Shown: positions 27,500-38,824 of the stretch, piece by piece
Numbering within the stretch: position 1 is the stretch's first letter
Layout: every line of letters starts with the position of its first letter
The notes under the pieces: generated by a model
What the model was told of the DNA's origin: nothing
Seen by the model: the letters and a program-made list of their open reading frames with translations, nothing else
Databases searched by the model: none
Translations under genes and position numbers: made by a program
DNA from: Octopus bimaculoides
Lineage: Eukaryota
Reading direction: 5' to 3'
Assembly (NCBI RefSeq): GCF_001194135.2
Contig: NC_068981.1
Span: 16,007,528 to 16,071,527 of the forward strand
Length of the DNA: 64,000 nucleotides

Positions 27500-29200
27500 C
27501 TTTTCTTTCCCTATGCTATCTATCTATGTCACATCTCAGCTCCTTCCCGCAGCTTAGAGACACACCATTTTCCTCAACACATGCTGTTCCGAATATTGCT
27601 GCTATCTTTCTATCCAGTTTCCTTTTTATAACGGAATATTGTTTCTTTCAGATGCTAACATGTATACCACTCACGATACGCAATTCACTCACTTTTGAGG
27701 CTCTATGGATGTGTTCTACTTCCGATGTGAAGTCCTGATACATTTTGACGTTTACGTTCTCTCTCTTCACAACATTCTGGTCTGTAGGTATTGGTACGCC
27801 CATAAAGGTCCATTCTTTGGACTCTTTCTGTAGGAGAGTGACATTTGGTTTGTTATATTGCAGCTTCTGAGCTGTGTAGATTGGCATATCCCACATTAGT
27901 TTAATATAATCATTATTTGCTACTGGCAAAGGTTGGTGCTCGTATCACTTGTGAATACACTCTAACCCATACTTCCTGCAGTGTATTCGCACTGCCACTT
28001 TGTCATGGCGTTTTTGCATGTCTTTTTGATCAGTTTTGAGCAACCACTAATTATAAATCTCTCCCATGATATTTCACATAATGTACACTGCCGTCTTATG
28101 AAAACAGTATTTTACTGAGTTGGTTCGTAAAGATAGTTCATCAGTAGTAAGGATAAATCTAATTGCTTTGTCTTCTTTAATAATTTATGTTTTAACCAGC
28201 TTCGGGATTCCTTATCGGATTCATCCGATGGTGAAGTTTGATAATTCTCACTGAAAAGTTTACTCTTTCCAATTAATGATCATTTCCATTAGTTCTCATT
28301 CTGGACTTCTGGTGGGCCCTGTCTTTATCGCTGATCACGTTGCCACTCAGTGCGACCTGCAGCATTCTTTCATCTCTATCTCTAAGATAGGCATACCAAG
28401 CCTTAGTCTCCTTCCTAATACTATTTCTTATTCCCACCAATCCTATTTCCCATTCTTTCCTTGGTTAGTAAGGCCTCACTACGTTACTTCTAGTATGAAA
28501 GCGCCTATGTATAGTCGCTATCTTCCTAGTTTTTCTATCCACGTTGCCTAGCTCTGCATCTGCCCATTCCCCAATTCCAGCGCAGTAGCGTACAGCACAT
28601 ACTGCTTACGTGTTGATGCTCCTAGTCAGGCTCCCTCCATTCAGCTTGAATCATCGTGTTCATCATCTGGATAAATTATAAAATACCGGCATACTTGTAA
28701 GCTTCACTTTTCACTTTTTTTATTCGCTCATTATTTGGAAACTCAAATCCATTGCTCTCTACATTTCACTCTCTCCTCAGTTCACGAACTGCGCATTAAT
28801 CTTGAAGAAATGCCAACATAAGAGGCGATTCATACAGAAGGAACTTCATTGGTCTCATGATTTTGCATGTTGTCATCAGCTATTATGTTCTCCAATACAA
28901 GTGACAGTGGCAACCTGCTAACAATATAGAGCAGGGGTGACATGAACTCTCATTCACTTGTCCAATTTCCCTTTTCATCTACTATCAAAACTGTCTTCCG
29001 GTTGCTCATACTGCTTCTAACTAAATATGTCACCTCCAGGTAACCTAGAATCCAAAAGATAGGAATATATCATCTACCTTTTTTTCTAGTCAAACTAAGC
29101 CATTGAGAAGGTAGTCAAACTTTTCAGATAGTTACTTAAAATTACTTTATCTATCAGTAATTGGCCCTTTAACAGTTTTGAGTAAGTCCCGACAACGTGG
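27500..29200 (-). mobile_element. Longest R4/Dong relic: RT domain through RLE
   Basis: Motifs in the expected order on the minus strand: MA*FD*KK (WIDYKKAYD-like), MSPLLYIVSRLPLSLVL (GDSLSPLLF-like), AYKYAGIL, DRKTRKIATIHRRFHTRSNVVRPY*PRKE, RHDKVA...YEHQP, KLMWDMPIYT...NKPNV; many stops. Confidence 0.7.
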
Positions 29201-29232
29201 ACAAGAAGTATTTTTTATTATCAATGTTAGTC

Positions 29233-29850
29233 AGTGAGAGAGCAATGCATGCCATTATTATTCTTTAACTCAGGGGTTGTTGAAACTGCTGCAGTCTCGT
29301 ATACGTAGTGCGCTTTCTACTTGCAGCTTCCGTTAGTCTACATTTTATTCTTTTCAACTAATACGTTCTAGATTATTCTAGCCGGACCAAGGAGGCAAGC
29401 ATTTTGTAGCAGCTCTACTGAGCACTCTATTCTGATTTCCTTTATATTTTTTCTTGATGATTTCTTATACTGTTCTCAGGGCCCCAAGAATAATTGGCAA
29501 TATCCTCTCCTACATTTTGTATAGCCAGGCTAATTCGTACTGTAAAGGATAGTATGTGTCTATTTGTTCGTCATACTTCTAGACTATTCATGAGTCAAAG
29601 AGGTAAGCAACATCCATTATATAGCACCTGTTGTTCACCTTCTCCACCATTACTACGTCCAGCTAATTATGCTCTAGCACCTGATCTGTTTGAATTTGGA
29701 AATTTCACAGGATATTTGCAAGTGTCAGTCAATCTCTGCGGTTTACCTCATACCACGTCCCTAGACACCACTTTTCGCATAGTTTCCAATGTAGCACTTT
29801 CACTACCTCATCGTGTCGCCACAACTCATCATGTTTCAAGAACTCTGCCG
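29233..29850 (-). mobile_element. R4/Dong fragment: RHD...RLE plus 3' end
   Basis: RHDEVVKVLHWKLCEKW...WYE...FQIQTDQVLEHN*LDVV...ILPIILGALRTV...LLQNACLLGPARII. Confidence 0.7.
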
Positions 29851-30205
29851 AGAACTCTTGCAATGACGATTTTTCCACGTATTCTATTTTTACTTTTGTA
29901 TCAATATTTTTGAACCATGTTGGTAGTTGAGAGCTGATACTTCCAAGCGCGTCAATTACTTCTGGTATCATTTTCACTCTCTTTATTGCCCACAACATGC
30001 ATATTTTCCACTTCAAATTGTCATAGTTGTTCAGTTTTTCTTCTTGATTCTCGTTAATTTTTTTGCCACACGGACGTGCTGCGTCAATTATCATGCATTT
30101 TTTAAAATCCTTTTCGTTTTCACAACAATTTCAAGTTTCCTATGTCCGATCTGAAGGTCATATTAAATCATGGATCGCAATTTATGGTGTCACTGAATCA
30201 TTGGT
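29851..30205 (-). mobile_element. R4/Dong RLE fragment
   Basis: MIIDAARPCGKKINENQEEKLNNYDNLKWKICMLWAIKRVKMIPEVIDALG; its 5' end abuts (ATT)n. Confidence 0.7.
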
Positions 30206-30222
30206 TCAATGTATTATTATTA

Positions 30223-30277
<55 letters not shown>

Positions 30278-30278
30278 A

Positions 30279-30350
<72 letters not shown>
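30206..30350. repeat. Long (ATT)n tract
   Basis: Directly visible; accounts for the poly-I and poly-L ORFs. Confidence 0.95.
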
Positions 30351-30351
<1 letters not shown>

Positions 30352-30352
<1 letters not shown>

Positions 30353-30523
30353 TGGGCGAAATAGTTAGCGACATTTCGTTTGTCTTTACTTACTGAGTTC
30401 AAATTCCTCTGAGGTCGACTTTGCCTTTCATTCTTACGAGGTCGACGAAATAATTACTAGTGGAGGGCATGGATCGATATAATCGATTATCGCCTCCTAA
30501 AAAATGCCAGGCCTTGTTCTTAC

Positions 30524-30527
<4 letters not shown>
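30352..30527 (+). mobile_element. tRNA-derived SINE between two (ATT)n tracts
   Basis: CTGGGCGAAATAGTTAGCGACATTTCG...GAGTTCAAATTCC...GAGGTCGACTTTGCC...CAGGCCTTGT. Confidence 0.75.
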
Positions 30528-30583
<56 letters not shown>

Positions 30584-30789
30584 GTCATCATACTTGTTGT
30601 TGTTGTTATTATTAGTATTATTATAAATGATATTATTACCATTATTAGTTATTTTTAGTCCGCATGTTTGTTACAATCACTGGCTGAAACAAACCCAGCG
30701 TTTTAGGGTGAATGAAGGATAATAGATTTTACAGTATAACGGAAAGCTTCGAGAGAGGAAGTGGCAGGCACAGTAGCGAGATCTCTTCA

Positions 30790-31160
30790 TATAATATAAC
30801 TATACATGACAGGGTTTTGTCCCTATCATGTTGTAATACAACACATTAAGTTGTTTTTCTAAGGATGTGGGCAGTACTTGTCAGAACAATCTTTAGGACT
30901 TCTCTGAGATATGGTTCTCCTGGGATATTATCTTGATGCTTCTGACATCCCTTTCTTATTATACGTAGAGCACCCACAATAAAAGGAACAGGTTTCGCTT
31001 TAAGATGCCACATCTTTAGTATTTCGATTTCCAGGTCATTATATTTAGTTAATTTGTCAAATTCCCAACGCTTATTTCTATTAGTCCACAAGTATTTTCT
31101 TCCCGTCTTTAGTGACTATGTCTGGTTGATTATTCTGGATCTTTCTGTTATGATTATTAT
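30790..31160 (-). mobile_element. R4/Dong RLE 3' fragment
   Basis: NNQPDIVTKD...KLTKYNDLEIEILKMWHLKAKPVPFIVGAL...STAHILRKTT*. Confidence 0.8.
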
Positions 31161-31214
31161 TATTGCTGTTGTTGTTAATGTTGTTGATGTTATTATTATT
31201 ATTATTATTACTAT

Positions 31215-31410
31215 ATGAAAACTCACAGCTTGGTTTGCTGGGTATGATGGAAGGTGTCAGCTGTCCAGAGACAGCAGACTAGGGTGACACTACTGGTCAT
31301 CCTTCAAGTGCTCTGAGAAGAATTCTTGCAGTTCCACGTATTGCTGATTTTTGTAGGTGTTCTTCCTTCACACTTGCACCACTCTTTTTCAGTCATGTTG
31401 GTAGTTGAGG
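31215..31410 (-). mobile_element. Short R4/Dong 3' end
   Basis: EEHLQKSAIRGTARILLRALEG* plus a short UTR, between ATT repeats. Confidence 0.6.
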
Positions 31411-31435
31411 GATTATCATTATCCTTATTATTATT

Positions 31436-31975
31436 GAGTGAGAGATAGTGCATACCTCAAAGTGAGCTGGAGTACAAATATACAAAGGCCAATCTACCCG
31501 TCATGACTACTCTTCTCATAAGTGTAAACCAGGCACATGCATCACAACGATATGTGAGCGACATGGTGATCTCATATCAAGATAACAGCGCATGATCTTG
31601 CAAGTGGGGGCCCAATTAGAATTTTCCCCAGGTTGAGTAGCATACCCTGATCAAAAAGTCCCTGAGTAAGGTTTGTTTAAGGATGATGAACAGAACATTC
31701 ATGTTTCCCGAGCTGAATTTTTCAAGCTCCAAAGAATTCCTCTCTAGACATGGCTATGATTCTCTCCCACGATTTCTGCGAGTGGTCAGAGATGCTTTTA
31801 TCGTCAACTTACAGACATGTTCAGTTGGTTAAGGCCAAGTAACTGACTAGCAATTCTGTAGTATTGAGCAGAATATATGTGCTAGCCCATCTTTTATACC
31901 AAGACAAAACAATATTTATACTAGCACTTTCAATCAGTTAAGATCAAAAGCAACTCCCTGGTACTGCATCAGAGC
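31436..31975 (-). mobile_element. ~550-bp unclassified element, full length
   Basis: Runs from (ATT)n-GAGTGAGAG to CTGGTACTGCATCAGAGCAATT; homologous to the other copies. Confidence 0.85.
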
Positions 31976-32026
31976 AATTCTCATCACCATCATCATCATC
32001 ATCATCATCATCATTATTATTATGAA

Positions 32027-32060
<34 letters not shown>

Positions 32061-32614
32061 GAGTGAGAATGCAGTGCGTACCATCAAAGTGACACAGGGG
32101 TAAAATATACGAAGCCCAGTATACCCATCGTGACTACCCGTCTGATAAGTGTACCCCAGGCACGTGCACCACAACCATATCTGCGCAGAATGGTGATTTC
32201 ATATCAAAATAAGCAGCGCATTACCTTGTAAGTAGGGCCCAGTTAGAATTTTCTTCGGGTCGAATAGCCCATTCCGTTCAAAAGGACCCTGAATAATGGT
32301 TATTGAAAGATGTTGAATGAAACACCTATGTTTTCCTCAGGGGAATTATTGAAGACTCAAAGATATTCTCTCAACACAAGGTTATTAGGCTCTCTTATTA
32401 CTTTTGTTTGTGATCAAATATGCACACATCGTCAGCCACCAAGGGACATGCTCAACTGGTTAAGATCCAACAACTGACAAACAAACCTGTAGTACTGAAC
32501 AGAATATTTGCTGCAACCCTATTTTTAGACGATGGTAAAATATATACATGATAACGCTTTTAATCAATCAAGTTCAGAAGCCATGAGAGCCACTACCTGG
32601 CACTGCATCAGGAC
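32061..32614 (-). mobile_element. ~550-bp unclassified element, full length
   Basis: Runs from (ATT)n-GAGTGAGA to CTGGCACTGCATCAGGACAATT; head-to-tail with the previous copy. Confidence 0.85.
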
Positions 32615-32645
32615 AATTATTATTATTATTATTATCATTATTAAT

Positions 32646-32687
<42 letters not shown>

Positions 32688-32719
32688 TTATTATAATTAT
32701 TATTATTATTATTATTATT

Positions 32720-33410
32720 TTTCAATTGATTTGCATTTCACTTTATCTTCCCACCGGGTCTCAATCAGAGTTCTAAGGTACGTGTATATTACGTCGAGAG
32801 AAACTTCCTGAGAATGGCGGCGGTTGATGTGAACACAACTTTTTTGAGTTTCATAGATTGTTGCTTTCGCAGGGATCAGATCAAAATATTTGTCATCATC
32901 TTTGCTGATCATTCCCAAGGCATCCACAACCACAGGGATGCTTTTGGTTTCTAATTGCCACGTGCTAGATATCTCATTCTCAAAGTCATGATATTTTGAC
33001 AGTCTTTTTTTAATTCCTTTTTTGATATTTTTTATCAATAGGCACTGTCATATTAATTAACAGGCTTTTTCTTTTCAATATCAGTCTTTTATGACGATGC
33101 CGGGTTTGTTATCATTTATTTTCCTGTCTGTATGTATCTCATAACCCCATAGGATGGTAACATTCTCTCACTCACTGACTGGCTTTGGATGGTGTTCATG
33201 CCAGTTCTTACAGTGCGGGATATCATAGTGATAACATACGCTCTAGCGTATGTATTGGCAAACTTCATCATGCCTGGTTTCATATTCTATAGGGGCAAAG
33301 ACTGAGCAACCGACAACAATGTGATCAATACTCTCAAGTTTATCATTGCAGAGTCCACACTTTGTACCTACCTCATTGTGTGTGACAATAGCTTGATCGT
33401 TCCGACTGAT
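32720..33410 (-). mobile_element. R4/Dong fragment: CCHC knuckle plus RLE
   Basis: KCGLCNDKLESIDHIVVGCSVFAPIEYETRHDEVC...WHEHHPKP...ILWGYEIHTDRKINDNKPGIV...LSKYHDFENEISSTWQLETKSIPVVVDALG. Confidence 0.8.
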
Positions 33411-33473
33411 TATTATTAGTATTATTATTATTATTACTATTATTATTATTACTACTACTACTATTATTACTAT

Positions 33474-33985
33474 TCAGTAGTCTTATTTTTAAAGCGTGCT
33501 TTCACTTAACTACCGAGCGCAGCTCTGTGTGCCATGGGTATGTGTTCTGGTTTGCAGCGTTGCTCTTATGGTTACTGTATTGAAAGTGTTTTGCGTAGGA
33601 TGTGTGCAGTGCCCAGTAGTGCAATTTGCTGTATGTTATATATACTTGTAAGTCCTGGTGTTTTTGTTATGTATTTGTCTAAATATTTTTTTATCAAACC
33701 TAATGCACCCACTATGATAGGAATTGTTTCTGTTTTTAGATTCCACATTTGAGTTACCTCTATTTCCATGTCTTTGTATTTTGAAAGTATCTCCATTTCT
33801 TTTAGAGAAACATTGTCATCTGCAGGTATTGATACTTCAATTAGAAAGCATTTTTTTGTTCATGATCTTTGACAACTATATCAGGCTTTTTAGCCTTAAT
33901 TTCTCTATCTGTGTGTATTGCATATCCAAGAGTATGGTTGCTTTCTCGTTTTCTGTGACCTTTTCTAGCGTGTGCTTATACCATC
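33474..33985 (-). mobile_element. R4/Dong subfamily-1 3' end (longer copy)
   Basis: ORF 33572..33796 is near-identical to 6955..7200; the region upstream contains KKPDIVVKD; ATT repeats on both sides. Confidence 0.85.
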
Positions 33986-34002
33986 TTATTATTATTATAA
34001 TG

Positions 34003-34089
<87 letters not shown>

Positions 34090-34149
34090 CATCATTATTA
34101 TTATTATCATTATTATTATTATTATTATTATCCTTGTTGTTCTTGTTGT

Positions 34150-34685
34150 TATTTTCTTTTTACCACAGGTTTTATTGGAACTCATGGTGTCTTGAATGCG
34201 TAGTGGGCTTGCAACATGCAGCCTACGGTACCATGTTATCCGTTCTTTTTAGCTATCTAAAACAGTCCTGATTATTCTGGTAATTGATTATTCTGGATCA
34301 CGGGTTACTACCTACAACCTTTAGTATCCACAAGTTTTCAGCGCTCTTTGAAGTGCTTAAAACCCTTCTGATTATCCTTGCTGTCTCTAAGAGACAAACT
34401 TTCTCTAGAAGTTCTCCCGCGCATTCTATTCCAATTTCCTTCAGCCATTTATCTTTATCTCTCATTACTGTTCCCAACGCACCAATTATTATAGACACCA
34501 CCTTTACCGTTCTCAGGCTCCAAATTCTTCCTATCTCAAATTTTAAAGGATTGTATTTTTTATCTTCCGCTTTCTTTACGATCCTGGAATCCAACGGTCA
34601 TGATGGGTCGATTAGCAAGCAACTTCGCTTTTCTTATCTATAATTGTTGTCTGGTCTATTATTTTCTAATTTCTTCTCCGTGGAT
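34150..34685 (-). mobile_element. R4/Dong RLE 3' fragment
   Basis: KYNPLKFEIGRIWSLRTVKVVSIIIGALGTV...LLEKVCLLETARIIRRVL; between ATT tracts. Confidence 0.8.
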
Positions 34686-34694
34686 TATTATTAC

Positions 34695-34791
<97 letters not shown>

Positions 34792-34879
34792 GATGTTATT
34801 ATTATTATTTTTATATTTATTATTATTATTGTTATTATCATTATGATTATAATTGTTGTTGTTGTTGTTGTTGTTTTAT

Positions 34880-35450
34880 TCAGGTCCTAACTTTCTTTCA
34901 TGCCTTCATTATATAACGACCTTCATCTCTGCAGATTTTGGTGCGTGCAGCATTTTGTTTTTATTTCTGTAAATTTTGGTTGCATTGACAGAATTATTCC
35001 TCCTATAGGTAACATATATGCAATGCCCTGAATTGCAATTTTATGCTATGACTATTTTTAAGACCTGGAGTATTGATTTTCGATTTTCGTGTCGTTTTGT
35101 AATCAGGTACACTGGATCTACATTTCCAGGGTTTGCTCTTGCTTTAATTCGTACATTTTGATTATTTCTATTCCCAGATATTTATATTTGACAGTTCGTC
35201 CGTTCGGGGTGTTACTCCAGGTATGAGACGCAACTTTTCTTTAATTATCCGTCAAATATATCCCACAGTTTTATTTAGATTTCCCTGTGTACAGAACAGA
35301 ATACCACAGTATATAGTCGTCTCCAGTTCTTTGGCATCTTTCTGTTTTTGTTGTTGTTGTTTCATAACTTCCATTACAGGAAAGCATGAAATATGCCTGG
35401 CCTCTAAATATATTATTTTACTAACCATTTTTCTTTTGTTATGATTGGAT
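34880..35450 (-). mobile_element. Degraded R4-like RT fragment
   Basis: ISCFPVMEVMK (HLLFMDDLK-like), KELETTI, VKYKYLGIE. Confidence 0.45.
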
Positions 35451-35519
35451 AAACGAGAGATAATGAGAGAGAGGAAGAAGAGGAAGAATGGGAGGAACAG
35501 GAGGACGCTAGGAAGAAAC

Positions 35520-36450
35520 AATAGGAAGAACAGGTTAAAGAATACTAGCTTCTACACATTTTGAAGTTGCTGTCGTCTGCTCCATTCCATACAATTCATG
35601 GGTTCTGGAGCATAGCTTTGATTCTGTGCCTCAACAGAATTCTTTGTCTCGGAATTTAATCTATTGTTTCTCGATCAGTGTTGCGATATTTTTATCATTT
35701 CCTTTTCCCCGTAGCGCACGTTTCAGTTTTTTTTTTTTTTTTTTTGCATTGAATATATAAAAGCTTTCTTTCTTGTTGCTTCAATATGACATTCTGCGGA
35801 CCTATTTTTAATTTAGTTGTTAGCTGTACACATATTTCCGTTGTTGTTTCTGCTTTCTCTTTCAAATTGTACTGTTTTTTAGCCTTTGTTCTGTATTTGT
35901 TGTCCCTTGTATTTTAAAATCTAATACCAAAAGTCTCCTTTGTAGATTATTTGCATTACTTTTCCATTGTTCTTTACTAAATGATTTCCTTGTCCTACAG
36001 CGGTTATTTTATAACAGCTTTCTAATTGCAATAAGTCCCTATGTTCTGTGATTGGTAGTAAATACGGTCTTACTTCATCATTGTTTGGGCGTTGTATTCT
36101 AAATGAAGCCATTGTTTTTCGAATTTTCCTTCCTACATCTGTAAGTTTATGTAACGCATTGTTGAACATTTAACAACAACTTATGACAGGGACAAACAGA
36201 GTATTAAATGCTATTATTTATTTCAACTCGAATCGAATTCATCGATGAAATTTTTTCCTAAACTTTTCATTGTTTTGTGCGCGTTGTACTTTGTCTAGTT
36301 CATTGTTTCATTCGTATTTTTGTAAGTCTGTTTTTACTGTAATTCTCTTATTTCCAATTCTCTTTCAAGAGATTATTGATCTTAATCACTTTTCTTTCTT
36401 CAAGGTTGTCTTGGCGCAGATTTTTTTTCTAATCCGAAAATAATATTGAT
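35520..36450 (-). mobile_element. Degraded R4/Dong RT C-terminus / thumb region
   Basis: IIAFNTLFVPVIS...DVGRKIRKTMASFRIQRPNNDEVRPYLLP...LLQLESCYKITAVG matches AINTxAVPVI...DRKTRK...RLYLPR...GLxxLE. Confidence 0.6.
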
Positions 36451-36505
36451 ATTCATGTCGTTATCGTCGTCATCATCATTATCATCATCACATTCTTCAT
36501 CCTCC

Positions 36506-36539
<34 letters not shown>

Positions 36540-36738
36540 TTTCAGTGAAAGCAATCGACTGGCAAGATTATTGGACAAAATACCTTAGATACAGCTTCTG
36601 AATTAAAATCATAACTTCCCCCTCAGTCTAAGAGATCAAATGTGTGTATCATCATTAGAAGTTGACAAAATAAAATACTATTCAAGTACAAGTCAAGTAC
36701 TAGGGTCGATGACAGTAACCATTATTATTTTCGTTGTC

Positions 36739-36818
<80 letters not shown>

Positions 36819-36834
36819 CATTATTATCCTTAAA

Positions 36835-37035
36835 AGTGGCAGAACCTTCAGCACGCTTGGCAAAATGTCTCACGGCATTTCGTCTCTCTTTATGTTCTGA
36901 GTTCAAATTCCGCTGAGGTCGACTTTGCTTTTCATCCTTTCGGGTTTCGTCAAAATAAGTACCAGTGGAGCACTAGTGTTGGTGTAATTGACTATCCTCT
37001 CCCCCAAATTTCAGGCATTGGGCCTATAATATAAA
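36835..37035 (+). mobile_element. tRNA-derived SINE, near full length, type-B tail
   Basis: A-box-like GTGGCAGAACCTTCAGCACG, B box GAGTTCAAATTCC, tail CCCCAAATTTCAGGCATTG; follows (ATT)n. Confidence 0.8.
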
Positions 37036-37428
37036 CAATAATTATTGTTCCTTTACGTAGGGCAATATAACTATCAGCTACCTCCTTCTTTTATTATTCA
37101 ACATTATAATACACCACAGAATTACTGGTATCGTATACATTTGATGTAATTGATACAGTTGTTAAGTGTATGAAATATATATGTGTTCGTTACTGAGGAG
37201 AAGAGGGTGTAAACATTAAGTAAGGACAAAATTCGAAGCATAATATGGTATCGAAAATTGTCATGTAAGTGTTTATATTTATAAAAATCCGTAGCTATAG
37301 AGGAGCATAATGTATATCTTGAGTGAAAAATTGAAATATTTAGGCCGGAACGCATCGGTTTATACATGCTCTAGAATCTAGAGTAAAGTTGTTGTTATTA
37401 TTATTATTATTAGTAATTCCATTATTAC

Positions 37429-37518
<90 letters not shown>

Positions 37519-37522
<4 letters not shown>

Positions 37523-37843
37523 TAGTTTGATTTTTATAGCGTGCTTTCACTTGACTACCGAGCGCAGCTCTGTGTGCCTTGGGTATGTCCTGTGGTTTGC
37601 TGTGATGCTCTTATGGTTACTGCATTGAAAGAGTTTTGCGTAGGATATGTGCAGTGCCTAGTAGTGCAATTTTCTGTATGTTATATATATTTGCAAGTCC
37701 TGGTATTTTTGTTATGTATTTGTCTGAATATTTTTTATTATACCTAAGGCGCCTACTATGATAGGAATTGTTTGTTTTTAGACTCCACATTCGAGTTACC
37801 TCTATTTCCAGGTCTTTGTATTTTGAAAGTTTCTCCTTTCGTT
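37519..37843 (-). mobile_element. R4/Dong subfamily-1 3' end
   Basis: Near-identical to 6857-7180; its 3' end joins (ATT)n at TTCAGTAG. Confidence 0.85.
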
Positions 37844-37875
37844 TATATCATTATTGTTATTATTATTATTATTAT

Positions 37876-38100
37876 TCAGTAGTTTTATTTTTATAACGTG
37901 CTTTCACTTCACTACCGAGCGCAGCTCTGTGCGCCTTGGGTATGTGCTGCGGTTTGCTGTGGTGCTCTTATGTTTACTGTATTGAAAGTGTTTTGCGTAG
38001 AATGTGTGCAGTACCCAGTAGTGCAATTTTCTGTATGTTATATATATTTGTAAGTCCTGCTATTTTTGTTATGTATTTTTCTGAATGTTTTTTTATTATA
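37876..38100 (-). mobile_element. R4/Dong subfamily-1 3' end, cut by an assembly gap
   Basis: Near-identical to 6857-7081; lies ~30 bp from the previous copy. Confidence 0.85.
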
Positions 38101-38491
38101 NNNNNNNNNNNNNNNNNNNNNNNNNNNNNNNNNNNNNNNNNNNNNNNNNNNNNNNNNNNNNNNNNNNNNNNNNNNNNNNNNNNNNNNNNNNNNNNNNNNN
38201 NNNNNNNNNNNNNNNNNNNNNNNNNNNNNNNNNNNNNNNNNNNNNNNNNNNNNNNNNNNNNNNNNNNNNNNNNNNNNNNNNNNNNNNNNNNNNNNNNNNN
38301 NNNNNNNNNNNNNNNNNNNNNNNNNNNNNNNNNNNNNNNNNNNNNNNNNNNNNNNNNNNNNNNNNNNNNNNNNNNNNNNNNNNNNNNNNNNNNNNNNNNN
38401 NNNNNNNNNNNNNNNNNNNNNNNNNNNNNNNNNNNNNNNNNNNNNNNNNNNNNNNNNNNNNNNNNNNNTATTATTATTATTATTATCATCA

Positions 38492-38767
38492 TTTTATGTT
38501 TGACTTTTGTTTTGCATTTGTACAAGTTGGATCCAAGTCTCACCTAGAGACCTCAAGAGACAACAAGTTAGAAGTTCATGTAGGTGTTATGCCTAGGGTA
38601 CCATATATTTGGATTTGTACAGTTTTGTTCAAGTGAATGTTTAAGAAACCATAAGAAAATTATGTGTTTGCTTTAAAATTTGAGATCACATAGACAGTAT
38701 TTTACGTAGGATATGGGCAGTTCCCATGAGCACTATCTTTTGAACTTCAGCCATTTTGGGGTTTCCT

Positions 38768-38768
<1 letters not shown>
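38492..38768 (-). mobile_element. R4/Dong subfamily-2 3' end
   Basis: TGNPKMAEVQKIVLMGTAHILRKILSM* plus a 3'UTR matching 22473-22660; ATT repeats on both sides. Confidence 0.85.
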
Positions 38769-38798
<30 letters not shown>

Positions 38799-38824
38799 CA
38801 TTACTTTTATAATTATTCGCCGAA

